A DNA stretch of 64,000 nucleotides from Eledone cirrhosa. Its lineage: Eukaryota. Below the pieces are notes generated by a model that saw only the letters and a program-made list of their open reading frames with translations, ran no database searches and was not told the DNA's origin. The first letter of the stretch is position 1. Each line of letters begins with the position of its first letter. The stretch covers positions 307,272,001 through 307,336,000 of the forward strand of contig OZ024740.1 in NCBI GenBank assembly GCA_964016885.1, in the 5' to 3' direction. This document shows, one piece after another, positions 1 to 13,500 of this stretch. The position numbers and the translations under genes were made by a program.

Positions 1-1013
1 TATAGGAAGAAGAAAGAGAAAGAAAGAAAAGCTTGTATTTATATTACTACAATGTACGTGAATTAAAAAAGATTGAAACGTTAAGAATTAAAAGTTTGTT
101 GGAGTGGTGGAATATGATTCCAGAATTTTAAAAATATTTAGCTAAATTATGAGTTATAATATTATATATATAATCAATTAGATTATATGAAGAATTATGG
201 TTGTAAGTACATTTTATCTTATTATATTACAGCAGGTTGTAATTATATAAATATCTATATAGATTAATAAGTGTATAAATATAAATATTATTGGTGATTA
301 TATAGATATAAAACACACGTATTAATTTGTTTACATTTCTGATATGAGTTACGAAGGATGTTGATTTTACATTTTAAACATATATTTAAGAAAAAGACGT
401 AGTTCAAATTATAAGAGAAGAACAATTTGTAGATTCAAATATTTTCATCAAACATTGAAAATATTTACAAAACATTATTAATTTAGGGAAATTACATATA
501 ATTTATCATACAAGTTATTATGTCTATGTTTGCTCAATTGTAAAGGAAAAGATAACTCCAATATTATTTGTTAAACTATTAATATTAGATTTGATGAATA
601 ATTTTCTTAGAAAATGCGGAAAGAATGTAGAGAAAATTATATATTATTTTGTGTGAGATTATAAGGTATTTTATATTACATGTTTTCAAGGATGAGAATT
701 TCAATTATATATGTATTATCTACGTCGAAAGATGTGTGAAAAGGTTGAAGATTAAAGAGAGGAAAAATGTATTATCAGATAAGTCAAGAGTGAATTTAGA
801 ATAACTATTGTAAAGAGGATATCTTTCAAAGTATCAATCTAAAAAAATATATAAATCTAAAAAATAGATTAAGAAGAGTATCATTAGGAAAAGAATATCA
901 ATTGGTAAAAATACTAAAGAAGAAAAAGATTATTTAAAAAGTAAAAAAAAAAACCTCACTAAACAACAGAATCATTTTAAAGATGTATAAGATGTAGTCA
1001 AGTGTAATGAATA

Positions 1014-2330
1014 TTATAGATTAAAAATACTTCGGAAAGTGGATTTTTGGCGATGTCTGCAAGAACTGAATAATTCGCTTTTTAGATTAATAAAATTTTG
1101 ACAGTCAATTATATAAAAAATTTCCTCGATACACAAATGACAGATTCTTGAGAAAGCCATATTTCGGTATGCAGGTGCTTTCGAAATCGTTCCCCAAGAT
1201 ATTGTATAGTCTATATTATTGTCCTTTAAATTCAAAATTAGATATGAAGATGAAGTGGAAGATTTTTTATCGGACCTATTAAATGTATGTTTGTGGTTAT
1301 ACCAGCGTTCTTTGAATTTTGTAGAAGTGGCACCTATATAGTTAAATATTTTGTCTCTAGTTTTTACTGTGCATTTATAAATTAAGTTTTTGTCTAAGCA
1401 ATTGTTTTGTAAAGGGCAGTTTGATTCTACAGTTACATTTTCGGGAGTTGTTGTTAGTAGAAACGGTACTATTAGTATGAATATTGTTATTAGAAATATT
1501 ATTATTGTTATCTTGGTTTGTTTGGTTAGGGTTTAAATTTAAGTTTCTATTATTAATTCTATTTATATTTTGTGCTATGTTCATAGTAGTAGAGTAAGAT
1601 AGTTTTATAATGTGTCTGTTAAAAATAGAGTGGTAGCTGTGGGCTTTAGGAAAACACTTATCCAGTGCTTTGAAAAATAGTTTTGCTACAGGTGTTTTAA
1701 CACCTAATGAGAATGGGGGAGAGTACCAAATAATATTTCTAGTTCTAGATTTTTTGTTTGGTTTCCTATTTAAGTTGAATTGCTTATTATTATTATAATA
1801 AATTTTATGATGGTTTATCATGTTATTGTTGTCTAAGTATTTAATTTTATTCGTGTATCCTGCTCTATGTAAAGCCTCATTGTAATATTCTGCCTTATTA
1901 TCAAAAATATTTTTATTAGCGGAGATGCGTGAAAATTCTTTGCTGGACACTATTGACAATAGTATTTTTTATATTTCTAGGATGATTAGAATTGAAACTT
2001 ACGTAATTTAGATTTTCATTAAATTTATGGAATGGATAATAAAGACCTGAGCTAAGGTTTAAAGTTACATCTAAGAAGTTAACGATTTTATAATTATTCT
2101 CGATTTCTAAATTAAGATTATAGTTATTGAAAAACTGTATTATGGATTTCTTTTTCCTATTAATTTCACTATTGCTATGGTTTTCGATTAAAAGTAACAT
2201 ATCGTCACGATATAAACCTCCGGTCATCTCTGGCATTTTTCTATGCAGTACATTAATAATAAATAATCCAACGAGGTCTGGTACCTAACCGAATCAGATG
2301 ATCCCATAGTAATATCAAAATTGTTTTAAT
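1014..2330 (-). mobile_element. Degraded Penelope-like element: RT C-terminal half plus GIY-YIG endonuclease, frameshifted
   Basis: ORF fragments carry GLYRDD (RT motif C), VNFLDVTLNL, IIWYSPPFS..KT..F..LDKCFP..H..IFNRH.IKLSYS and C-terminal CHLCIEE..NLKSELFSSCRH. The AT-rich 1-1013 segment is the likely 3' UTR. Confidence 0.85.
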
Positions 2331-2375
2331 AATTTGAAATATTTATTTTTTTCCTCTCTTCCCCTTTTTCCTTTC

Positions 2376-2560
2376 ACTATCCAGGTAAAACTTGAACCGT
2401 TAAGGTCTCATTCCTGGATATGTCAATATTTATAAAACAAACTTTGTATTTTATCTGATGAGCATGTACCAAAGTTTTAGTACCCTTGAAATATATATAA
2501 TAGAATAAATATGGGTTTATAAATATAGTTTCTATTTATTAATATCATTGATATTATACT
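2376..2560 (+). mobile_element. PLE pseudo-LTR (family A), inverted against the 5'-truncated end of the PLE, with an HHR core
   Basis: Homologous to 5220-5410, 41030-41193 and 45535-45810. CTGATGA at 2455, GAAA at 2488, stem I tattttat/atagaata. Confidence 0.7.
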
Positions 2561-2654
2561 CCAGAAAACCTTTCGAGTGCTTCGAATCTGTTATAAATAT
2601 ATATATTTGTTGAATTACTAACAAATTAAATATCCCTTTGCTTATATATATATA

Positions 2655-3435
2655 AGACCTCCCTGTATAGATAAGAAATGTATAATCTGTAAACTAAGCC
2701 CCCATATTAACTGTAAAACTAGAAATGTAGTATATAGCACAAGATGTACTGAAGGACAATGTAGAGATAAGAATATAGTGTACATAGGTGAGACAGCTCG
2801 TAGTATAGGAGAACGATTAAATGAACACTGGCTAGAGCTTCAAGATAGAAAAGAATCATCTGTACTCCACCAACATGCTAAAATAGAACATAAGGGTAAA
2901 TTAGAGAACATAGAAATAAAAATAGAATCTACACACAGAAAAGACGCAATGTTTAGACAAATCACAGAGGCAATAAACATAAATGAACTCCAACCAAAAT
3001 TAATTAGAAAACATGAATGGAATAGCAACATCACAACTTACAATTAAGGACAAAATGAAAACACACACACACATAGAACAAACAACCAACCAGTAACATG
3101 TAAATAAACAAATAAATAAACAAATATAAACACACACAGACACCCGGATGTAACACATACGCAAACTAAGCACACAACACACACAAAAACAAGATGGCGT
3201 AGGACAGAACAAAGGAGAGGCACAAAAACAAAGAAAAGAATCCCCAGTCACTGAAGAGGTCACAGAATGTGTGACGAAAGAACTTTGACAATATATGAAC
3301 AATCGTCTGGTTGTGGAACCAACCAACCAACCGGAAATTTATAAATTCCTAAATTTATAAATTTAATTTATAATAAATTGAAGTGAAAGCAACTGGTGCG
3401 TGTGTTTCTTATTGGCAACATGACCCTCCCAGAGC
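2655..3435 (+). mobile_element. 3' fragment of a Naiad-like PLE (Cys linker + GIY-YIG + 3' UTR)
   Basis: Reads CIDKKCIICKLSPHINCKTRNVVYSTRCTEGQC..VYIGETARSIGERL..HEW, collinear with the C-terminus of the 61035-63986 ORF. Ends in the shared motif ATGACCCTCCC. Confidence 0.9.
3247..3289 (+). ncRNA. Minimal type-I hammerhead ribozyme in the Naiad 3' UTR
   Basis: gtca-CTGAAGA-g-gtcaca(gaatg)tgtgac-GAAA-g(aa)c-TT-tgac, with stems I and II perfectly paired. Confidence 0.8.
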
Positions 3436-3544
3436 ATAAAAAAAAATATATATATAGTAATAATAATAATAATTATAATTGTTTCTACTTTTGGCACAGG
3501 CCAGCAATTACTCAGTGCATTACTGGTACTTTATTTTATCGACA

Positions 3545-3584
3545 ATAAATGTGAAGACTAAAATCCGAAGAGGGCTTGATAAGG

Positions 3585-3665
<81 letters not shown>

Positions 3666-3785
3666 TATATTAATATATATATAAACCCGTAGACCAAATA
3701 TTCATTATAAGAACAGATTAAAGTTTAAGCAAAGAATCGCTTAAATTGTTAAACTTTAATCTGTTCTTATAATAAATGAATATAT
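3545..3785. repeat. Short palindromic remnant of PLE-terminus family C, interrupted by (TA)n
   Basis: Inverted arms ataagaacagattaaagtttaa/ttaaactttaatctgttcttat. Same sequence family as 22121-22450. Confidence 0.7.
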
Positions 3786-3796
3786 ATATATATATG

Positions 3797-5410
3797 CAGA
3801 GGTTATATTTAATTTAAAATTTGTTATAACTGATATAAAGCACTCAACAGTTGTGGAGTAAATATACAATATATTAATAAATGGAAACTATATTTATAAA
3901 ACCATATTTATTTTATTATACATATTTTAAGGGCTACCAAGGCAAATTATGGTGCGCTTTCATCAGATAATAAAATGAAATATATGATTTATCTCTTTTA
4001 CATTATGTCTTCTATATCTATATATGATTCATATCTCTACTTCAAATATATATACTATATACTTTATATCATTACACCTAGCGATAGATTATAAAAAATT
4101 TTTATATGATTGCTTGAAACTCCTTTAAGAAAAATTTTTTTCTTGAAAAACTTACGGAAGGTTTTAGGAAAAATCTTTTGAAAATTCCTTTGAAAGATAT
4201 AGAAAAACCATTATTTTCATACCTTCCAATATTTTTATATTTTTATATTTTTTATATCGTCAAACGTTTTTAATATATATATCCAAATGTTTATATATAT
4301 GTGGAAAAACATAGGTTTTTCATATATATGTGGAATAACCTATGGTTTATGCTTTAAATATATTCTTAAGATAAATGTTTTTTAATGTTTTAATTTTAAT
4401 GTTAATGTTTTAACTTTGTAGCAAGTAAATTTATGACTTCGTATAAAATAACATATGGTTCATGTTTTAATTATATTCTTAAGATAAAATTGTTTAACTT
4501 TTTAACTTTATAATATTTAATCCTTAGAGTCATCTGAGTTCATAAAAAAAATCACTTCTAACTTCCTTTACACTACTGCTTTTATAATATAACTAAGTGG
4601 TTATTCTTTTGTAAACTCTCGTAAATGTTTCATAAATTTAGAATTATTTGGATGTTTAAATTTTGACTTACAACTTTTAATAAAATAAACTATACTAGTT
4701 TTGCTCTAATGTAAAATACTATATATTTATTTAAATAATTTATAATCTTTAACATTTAAACTAATTATTAATATTAAATTATTAAATTAAATCTTTAATA
4801 TTAAGGTAAATTTTAATCTTTAATTTTGATTTCTAATTTTTAATTTTAATTTAATTTTAATCTAAGTTTTCAACCTATCATTATAAATATTATAACCAAA
4901 ACGTAATGAATCCTGCATTATAAATATTCTTCTTCCACGTTATTCACATTTCTTCTCTCATTTAGATATACTTACGCTGTCTATATTTATCTCTTCATGC
5001 ACTCTATTTTCACTATCAAAATATATAATCGTTCTTTCTTTCCTCTTCTATCTTTCTTTTTTTCTTTTTTCTTTTTTTTTCTATTTTTTTCTCTCTCCCT
5101 TACATATCATCTTCTTCCAACAGTTTAATTTAAATAAACCGTCATCTTTTCAACCTTTCGGGCACTCATTTGCATACTCACTCATAATTTTGTATCACCC
5201 TCAATAAATGTACTATCTCCACTATCCAGGAAGCTCCAACCGTTAAGGTTGTCTTTTTTTCCGGATATGTCAATATTTATTTATAAAACAAATCTGTATT
5301 TTATCTGATGAAAGCGCACCATAATTTGCCTTGGTTGCCCTTGAAATATGTATAATAAAATAAATATGGTTTTATAAATATAGTTTCCATTTATTAATAT
5401 ATTATATATA
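3797..5410. mobile_element. PLE family A remnant: minus-strand pLTR (3797-3975), AT-rich UTR-like spacer, plus-strand pLTR with HHR (5297-5362)
   Basis: tattttat-CTGATGA-aagcgcacca..tggttgccctt-GAAA-t(atgt)a-TA-ataaaata on the + strand. The reverse-complement copy is at about 3910-3972. Confidence 0.75.
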
Positions 5411-5553
5411 TATATATAAACAACGTAAAAAATAAATATGTATATATAAAGAGAGAAAGCGCCAGATATCGTATAAGAAACCCAGTATAATGTATATATA
5501 CCAAAATACAAATTCAATAGAAGAATATGTACACAGGTGGAATCGTAAGAGAG

Positions 5554-7115
5554 ACCTTATAGCGCTATTTCATATCGCGAAGAGTGTAGCTTAGAATCAA
5601 TCTATGCAATCGATCATCGAAAAAAATACATCAATATCATCATCATTCGTCGACTACTGTCGAGATGATGGATCTCACTCTCATGCCCCAGAATTCCCTG
5701 TCCCCCATCGCTGCCCCCAGGTCCTGTCTACTGATTCCCGTATCCCTAGAGATAACGTCAGGGAATGACAGCTTCCTACTCCTAGTCAGGCTGGAGTCAG
5801 GGTTCCAGAGCAAGAGAGCGGATATGATTTCATTGCTGGCACGGTAACAGTGGCCAGCAAATTGAGCTCTCCGGGATTTTAGAAGGGCAGAGGCTCGAGG
5901 GAGTTTGCCATAGATTTTAGACAAGGTGGGATGTCGTTTCCAGGATAGGATTTGCACTCTCATTAAGAGGCGGGTATATGTGCCATCCAATCTCCTCTCA
6001 AGTTGTGATGTTAGTGTCCAGGTTTCAGATCCATAAAGTAATATGGGCTTAATGGTTGCTTGGAATATTTTCAGTTTTAGCTTGTTGGTAAGTTGAGATG
6101 TCCATATGGCGTGCATGTCATTGCACGCTGACCATGCCATACCCTTCCTGGTTAGAAAATCTTTTTTGGAGGAGGAGATATATGAGGAGATATATGAGCC
6201 AAGATACTTGTAATCTTCCACCTGCTTAAGGGTGGTACCATTAAGGGTTCTGATGGGGTAGTTTGGGCTGTTTGCGCATCTGTTCACATACTCAGTCTTG
6301 GATTCGTTGAGGTACAGTCCAACACAGTTGGACGCTTGCTCTAATGACTTCAAAAGACTCTAAAAAAAAAAAAAAAAAAAAAAGGAGATCTTTCTTTAGC
6401 CACCAACTATAGAAGAATTTCTCTCATGGCAATTGCTGCAAAAATATACAACAAGCTTCTTCTTAACCGCTTAATCCCATTTCTTGAGCCAATCCTTCGT
6501 AACAACCAGAATGGATTTAGAAGAGGTAGATCAACACTTAGCCAGATTCTCTGCCTTCGCCGACTTATAGAGGAGTCCCAAAACCGCAATCTAGACCTTG
6601 CACTCATCTTTGTTGATTTTTCAAAAGCCTTCGACTCAGTTGACAGGTCGGGGATGTTTGAAATTCTACAACTCTATGGGATTCCTGATAAAATCATCGC
6701 GGCCATACGTGTAATGTATACAGATACCAAATCAACTGTCTGACCCCAGATGGGGAAACACCACCTTTCTCAATCCTCGCTGGAATTTTACAGGGCGATA
6801 CCCTTGCTCCGTATCTATTTATCATTGTTGTGGATTATGTTTTGCGCATGTCTGTGGATAGGATTCAGGATAGGGGATACCAACTACAGCCTAGGAGAAG
6901 CTCACGCTACCCAGCAAAATACTTGACCGGCACCGACTTTGCTGACGATATCGCATTGATCAGTCGGACACTGGAAAATGCTGAGAGTCTTTTGAAGTCA
7001 TTAGAGCAAGCGTCCAACTGTGTTGGACTGTACCTCAACATCAATATAATCAATCATCGAAGACAAACTATCGATTATAATTAAACCACAGGAGACTCGG
7101 ATACTCATCAGAGAT
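5554..7115 (-). ncRNA. Hammerhead with a stem II insert of about 123 nt, split by a LINE insertion
   Basis: Minus strand: atct-CTGATGA-gtatc (7115-7100) ... gatat-GAAA-tagcgcta-TA-aggt (5576-5554). The halves are contiguous once the LINE and one TSD copy are removed. Confidence 0.6.
5638..7039 (-). mobile_element. 5'-truncated, 5'-inverted RTE-like LINE (RT domain)
   Basis: The + segment 6384-7039 encodes GFRRGRST, FVDFSKAFDS, GILQGDTLAP and FADD. The - segment 6360-5640 continues the protein to a (TGA)n tail. TSD acatcaatat at 5628-5637 and 7038-7047. Confidence 0.9.
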
Positions 7116-7333
7116 TAGTCTCACCATTCTAAGAGAAATATAGAATCAAGATGGTACATAAGACAATATACTTTCCAATATCTATAGAGACGTTTAACAC
7201 AACCGTCATGCTGGAAAGTACATGGTGAAATCACGTTAAACCCAAGGCAAATAGATAAAGTGGACATTAATTCCGCTGAAATAGGTGCAGGAATTATAAG
7301 TTAAGAGATTCAGAGCCGTTAAATACAAATAAT

Positions 7334-7435
7334 TGTTTCTACATTTGGCACAAGGTCAGCAATTACCCAGTGCATTACTAGTACTTTATTTTATCGACCC
7401 CGTAAGGATGAAAGGCAAAGTTAACCTCGGCGGGA
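7334..7435 (-). mobile_element. 5'-truncated tRNA-derived SINE
   Basis: Matches the 3' half of 15069-15259. TSD ttaaatacaaataat at 7319-7333 and 7436-7450. Confidence 0.85.
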
Positions 7436-7720
7436 TTAAATACAAATAATGAATCAAAACATACCAAATATGTTAGAATTTTGCCGATTTGACGAACTAA
7501 ACCCCACTTGTTAAGCGAATGAGGTCTGGGGTCGACTGTATAAATATACCTTACCATGAGAAATATTCCCCCTTGACAAATTTCGAGGAGAGTTTCTTGT
7601 TACCGATCTCCAGGGCAGTTTTGGACGTCAGTGTGCTCGAATAGATAACGTAGTGTGAGATATTCCACTTCATCTTTGTTGGGTGTTCACTTTCCTTTCC
7701 AGACCAAAGTGCGATTGAAC

Positions 7721-8545
7721 TGGTGGTGCTGGTGGTATTGGTGGTGTTGGTGGTGATGCTACTGGTGGTGTTGGTGGTGTTGGTGGTGGTTGTGTTGGTA
7801 CTGGTGGTATTGCTGGTGTTGGTGTCGGTACTGGTGGTGTTGGTGCAGGTGGTGTTGGTGCTAGTGGCGTTGGTGGTGTTGGTGGTGCTGCTGGTGGTGT
7901 TGGTGCTGGTGCTGGTGGTGCTGGTGGTGTTGGTGCTGGTGGTGGTGCTGGTGGTGTTGGTGCTGGTGGTGTTTCTGCTAGTGGCGTTGGTGCTGGTGGT
8001 GTTGGTGCTGGTGGTGGTGGTGCTGGTAGTGTTGGTGCTGGTGGTGGTGCTGGTAGTGTTGGTGCTGGTGGTGGTGCTGGTGGTGTTGGTGCTGGTGGTG
8101 TTTCTGCTAGTGGCGTTGGTGCTGGTGGTGTTGGTGCTGGTGGTGGTGCTGGTAGTGTTGGTGCTGGTGGTGGTGCTGGTGGTGTTGGTGCTGGTGGTGT
8201 TTCTGCTAGTGGCGTTGGTGCTGGTGGTGTTGGTGCTGGTGGTGGTGCTGGTAGTGTTGGTGCTAGTAGCGTTCGTGCTGGTGGTGGTGCTGGTGGTGTT
8301 GGTGTTGGTGTTGGTGCTGGTGATATTGGTGCTGGTGGTGTAGGTGCTGGTAGTGTTGGTAGTGGTGGTGTTGGTGCTGGTGGTGTTGGTATTGGTGGTA
8401 TTGGTGGTATTGGCTGGTGGTTGGTGATGATGGTGTTGGTGTTGGTGGCATTGGTGGTATTGGTGGCTTTGGTGCTGGTGGCGTTGGTGTTGATATTGTT
8501 CCTTGTAGATGATAATGGTAATGGTAGTGATTATGATAATGGTGG
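7721..8545. repeat. (GGT/GCT/GTT)n compound trinucleotide minisatellite
   Basis: Directly visible. The higher-order unit containing gtttctgctagtggcgttgg recurs three times. Confidence 0.95.
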
Positions 8546-9221
8546 TGAGTTTTATTTATCATTAGATGAATTAACCCCTCTCCACGTTATATATATCAGT
8601 ACAAGTTTTTACAGAATACTACCACAGCAGCATTTGGTATTTTGTACATGCAGTTGTATGTGTGCGTGTATTAATGAGCGTTACGGAAAGAAAGAGAGAG
8701 AGAGAGGAGGGGGCAAAATTGGCTGAGTCAATACACTGAAGATTCCGTCGAAAAGCCAATTGGTCGAATCTGGAGAAAAGATGTATTTAGGCTTAACATA
8801 GTTGATTTACAGATAACACAATCTGTCTTACCCTAAATATTAATAGGGGCCTTTCATCATTACGAGGTCGATAACATAAAGTACCAGTATTGCACTGGAG
8901 TCTTTGGGTGATATGATGGTGTTTTCCTCGTTGCACCGGTCTCCGTTGAGACCTCTGGCTCCCTTTGTCCCCGCACTGTTGATTTCTTCAGTAAAGTCGG
9001 AAAGATGGCGGCCCGCTTGAGGAAGGAGCCCCTATTATGAGGGGAGGCTTTTGCAGCGGGTGTCTCTGGTTATTCTCTGCTGTAACGCTTTTGCCATTTT
9101 CTTCACGATGTGCTGCTGAGGCACCGCTCAGATTGAGATGTAGTAACTGTCCCTCCCCTTTTCCTTTCTTTCGTTGCTTGATCCTTCTTTCTGTTTCTTT
9201 TTCTCATTTTCTGTTGCCTTT

Positions 9222-9385
9222 AATAATGATTTCTACTATAGGCACAACGCTAGCAATTTGAAGGGGAGGGGAAACTCGATTAAACCGATCTCAGAGCATT
9301 ACCAGTGCTTTATTTTATCGATTCCGTAAGGATGAAAGGCAAAGCTAACCTGAGATTTGAACTCATAACGTAAATGATCGTAATA
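9222..9385 (-). mobile_element. Diverged SINE copy (long variant)
   Basis: Contains ggcacaacg..ttttatcgattccgtaaggatgaaaggcaaagctaacc..gatttgaactc. Confidence 0.8.
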
Positions 9386-10004
9386 GGGTGTCTTGTTTTT
9401 ATAAGATACTGTTCAATATGTACTTGTACTTAACATTGATTAGTAAATATACAGTAGACCACATATTTTGTGAATGGAAAGGGCAACCGATTATAATGAC
9501 CCAATATTTGATTGGAAATACGTAACAGCATCCGATTCCCTAGAAGGACAACTCTGTCGATTATTGTCCTATGGCAGTTGACATTGGCCTACGATTTTGT
9601 GAGGGCCTACTCCCCTTAAGTACATATAAACTACTTGTATGTGCATCATGTACACTACATGTACAGCTAATCTATTCATAACCATATGTATTCAGCACTG
9701 GTTACTAAAATACTTACATCTGGCGTGGATTTATTACCAGCCTTGCACGATGTTCTATGCCAGGCATTGGCAACATTTTTCGAGCAGTGGACCCCATAGA
9801 ATGTGGCTTATCATAAAGCAGGCCGCACTACTAAAGAAATTCAAGGCAATTTTGAAATTAGGCGTGCCATTTAGAAATTGCGACAAACAGTGCTGTCTCA
9901 ATGAAAGCAGTAATAGTAAGTGGAGTCCTGTCTTGGGGTTACTGCTGTTCGAACTTTTCCATCCCAAACATAGCCTCGGTTGAATAGACGTCCTCTTTCA
10001 CCAG

Positions 10005-10460
10005 ATACATTGATGATACGAAAGTATCAAAAGCAATGAAGAACCCTGATGATGCTGCATATGTACAGGAAAACCTAAATGAAAACTATCAGTGGGCTAA
10101 AGGCAGCAAGAATGCCAGTTGATACTGGAAAATTTAACGCTGTCCACTATCAGTACACACACATTTATACACTACAGTCAAGCTACATAAGACCGAGAGG
10201 ATTTGAAATTCCAGAGAGCTAACCAGTGTGTGACCTGAAGATCAATGCGAGTAAAGATGCATTGTTTCGTATGCATATTACTGCGATAGCTACAGTGTGC
10301 AGACGAGTAGTCGGATGAATTATGAAATCATCCAGAATGAGAACTCAGGAAACCATGAAAGGCCTCTGGAGGGCATTTAAAAAAGTCCGTCTGGAATGTT
10401 GCCCACAACTATAGTTACTTCATAATGTTAAATTAACTGCAGAAATTGAAGCATCCCAAC
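10005..10460 (+). pseudogene. Old CR1/L2-group LINE RT remnant
   Basis: Degenerate DDTKVSKAMKNPDDAAYVQENLNENYQWA and RTQETMKGLWRAF..RLECCPQL..AEIEASQ, with stops. Confidence 0.6.
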
Positions 10461-10576
10461 ACCAAGATTATCGCATGTACGTGCGTATGTATGTATGTAT
10501 GTATGTATGTATGTATGTATGTATGTATGTATGTATGTATGTATGTATGTATGTATGTATGTATGTATGTATGTAT

Positions 10577-13500
10577 GTGGTGAGTGTGTATGCTCCAACT
10601 ATGAGTTCTGTCGATGAGGAAAAGGTGTCCTTTTACCATGCCTTGAAAGGTGTTTTAAGAAATATCCCTCAGGCAGACAAAGTCATCGTGCTTGGTGACT
10701 TTAATGCTAGAGTGGGTAGGGATTTTAACACATGGAATGTAATCGGAAGGCACGGGGTGGGAAAGTGTAACAGCAATGGTATGGTCCTGCTGCAGATGTG
10801 TGAGGAGCTGGATCTGTGTGTTACCAACACCATGTTCCAACAAAAGAACAAATTCAAGACCACATGGATGCATCCTGCATCTAAGGAATGGCATCTTTTG
10901 GACTACGTCCTAGTCAGGATGCGTGACAGACAGGATGTGCAGTGTGTTTGTGTTCTTCGTGGAGCTGAGTGCTGGACGGACCACCGCCTGGTACGCGAAA
11001 AAGTGAAACTAATCACTAAACGTAAAATCCGGGCTCCTGGTGTTGCCCTACCCAAAAGATTGAATGCTGCTCGTCTTAAGGATAAAAATGTGAAGAGGAC
11101 ATTGGAAGAAGAGATGCAGGCTGCAGATCTTGGTGAGGATTGGCCGACCCTTAAAAAGTCGGTTTATGATGTAGGCAGGCGTGTTCTGGGATTGGCGCAG
11201 AGGAAACATCAGGACTGGTTTAATGAGAATGATGTACATATAGAAGACTTGTTGGCTGATAAGAGGCGTGCTCTGTCACGCTACTTGACGGCAAAACCAC
11301 AGGAGAGGAATACGTTGCATGAGGAACTGAGGGATGTAAAATCACGTGTTAGGCGGAGTCTTTCTCAGATGAAGGATCAGTGGTGGAGTGAGAAGGCTGG
11401 TGAGGTACAAACTGCGTCTGATTCCAATAACACAAAGCTGTTGTACAGTCTCTTGCGTGAGGTTTATGGACCGTCTTCTCTGGTGACACCGCTTCGCAGC
11501 AAGGATGGCAAAGAACTTCTTCGTGACTCACAAGGAATTCTACGAAGGTGGTGAGAGCACTTTTGAATCAGCCGTCTGTCGTCAGTGAAGATTTCCTCAA
11601 TCTCATTCCAGAAAGTCCCGTGAATGTAGCTCTCGCAGAACCTCCGACGCTTGTGGAGGTTGCAGTGGCTATTTCGAAGCTGAACAGTGGAAGATCTCCA
11701 GGTATGGATGGCATACATGCTGAGCTCCTACAATATGGTGGTGAGAGACTCCTGCAACATCTTCACTCTTTGTTTGGCAGGATATGGGATAATGAATCCG
11801 TACCTGAGGACTGGAGAGATGCAGTAATGGTGGTCTTGTACAAGGGAAAGGGTAACAGGAACGATTGTGGGAACTACAGAGGTATATCATTGCTTTCTGT
11901 CGTAAGGAAAGTTTTATGTAGGGTTCTTCTGGACCGTCTGCTAACACACATTGCAGATTGTGTTCTTCCTGAAAGTCAATCTGGTTTTCGTGCTGGACGC
12001 GGCACTACTGATATGATCTTCTCAGCTAGACAGCTCCAGGAGAAGTGCATGGAACAAGGCTTGGATCTGTATCAGGTTTTTGTCGATCTGACAAAAGCTT
12101 TCGATACTGTTAACAGAGATGCATTGTGGAAGGTTCTCCAGAAACTTGGTTGCCCTGATAAGTTCCTTGCTTTAGTTAGGTCTTTCCATGACGACATGAA
12201 GGCTTGGGTTAATGTCGGGGGTAACATGTCGGAGCCTATCTCAGTAAAAAATGGAGTGAAACAGGGGGATATTCCAGCACCGACCCTGTTTGCCATATAC
12301 TTTGCAATGGTTTTCTGTATTGCATTCAGGAATTGCGAGCATAGTGTTTACATCCGATATCGAACCTCAGGCAGCATATTTAACATCAGGCGCTTTGCTG
12401 CGAAGACAAAAGTATTTACATCAATCATAAGAGACCTCTTGTATGCAGATGATTGCGATCTTGTAACGCACACAGGGAGTGATATGCAGCACATTTTGAA
12501 TGCATTTTCTGACGCTTGCACTGCCCTAGGTCTGACTGTCAGTCTCAAGAAAACCGTCGTCATGTACCAACCTGCCCCTGGTAAGCAGTACACTGAACCA
12601 AACATCTATGTGTATGGCAAACGACTTGGAGTGGTTGATCAGTTTGTCTACCTGGGAAGCACTGTCAATCGATACAGCAACCTTGACAGTGAAATCTCAC
12701 TTAGGATTAGGAAAGCAAGTGATGCTTTCGGAAAGCTAGAAAGACGACTCTGGGGTCGGCGAGACATATGCAGGAGGACAAAGGTAAAGGTGTACAGGGC
12801 ATGTGTGCTCTCTTGTCTTCTTTATGCCTGCGAGACCTGGGTCACATATCGACACCACCTTAAGCAATTGGAGTGTTTCCATCAGATGTGTCTCAGACGG
12901 ATCCATGGCGTTCACTGGAGGGACCACATCAGTGATGTCGAGATTTTGGAAAGCTCTATGTGCGACAGTATAGAAGCTCTTGTGCTTAAGCAACGACTCC
13001 GTTGGAGTGGTCACCTTGCCAGGATGAAGGATTCTAGAATACCAAAACAACTCTTTTATGGAGAGTTGGTTAAAGGAAAACGACCGCCACATAAACCAAA
13101 AAAGAGGTATAAGGATTCCTTGAAAGCCTCTCTGAAAGATGCTAACATCTCTGCTGATACATGGGAGAATATTGCTGCTGATCGTAATAAATGGAGAAAG
13201 ACTGTATATGAGGGAAAAGTTGCCTTTGAGGCATCTCGAATCGCATACGAGAAAGTAAAGCGGGATGTGAGGAAGGGCATTGCTGTTGCACTTCCAGACG
13301 GCGAGGGTCCTCCTATGGTGCTGACATGCAGCGTATGTGCGAGACTCTGCCTAAGCAAAGTCGAAAGTCATCTTCGCAGTCATAAAGTAAGACCAGTGGT
13401 TGACTACCAGGCTGCTGTTGGAGATGCTACTCATCATGCTTGCCAAACATGTGGTAGAGAATGTAAATCAGCAGGAGGGCTCAAGCGACATGCAAAAGTA

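Noticed and set aside
11549-11565. TGA as selenocysteine or programmed readthrough/frameshift in the LINE
   Set aside because: It falls at a variable non-Cys position (RW-x-EHF) and is followed by an apparent deletion, so decay is the simpler explanation.
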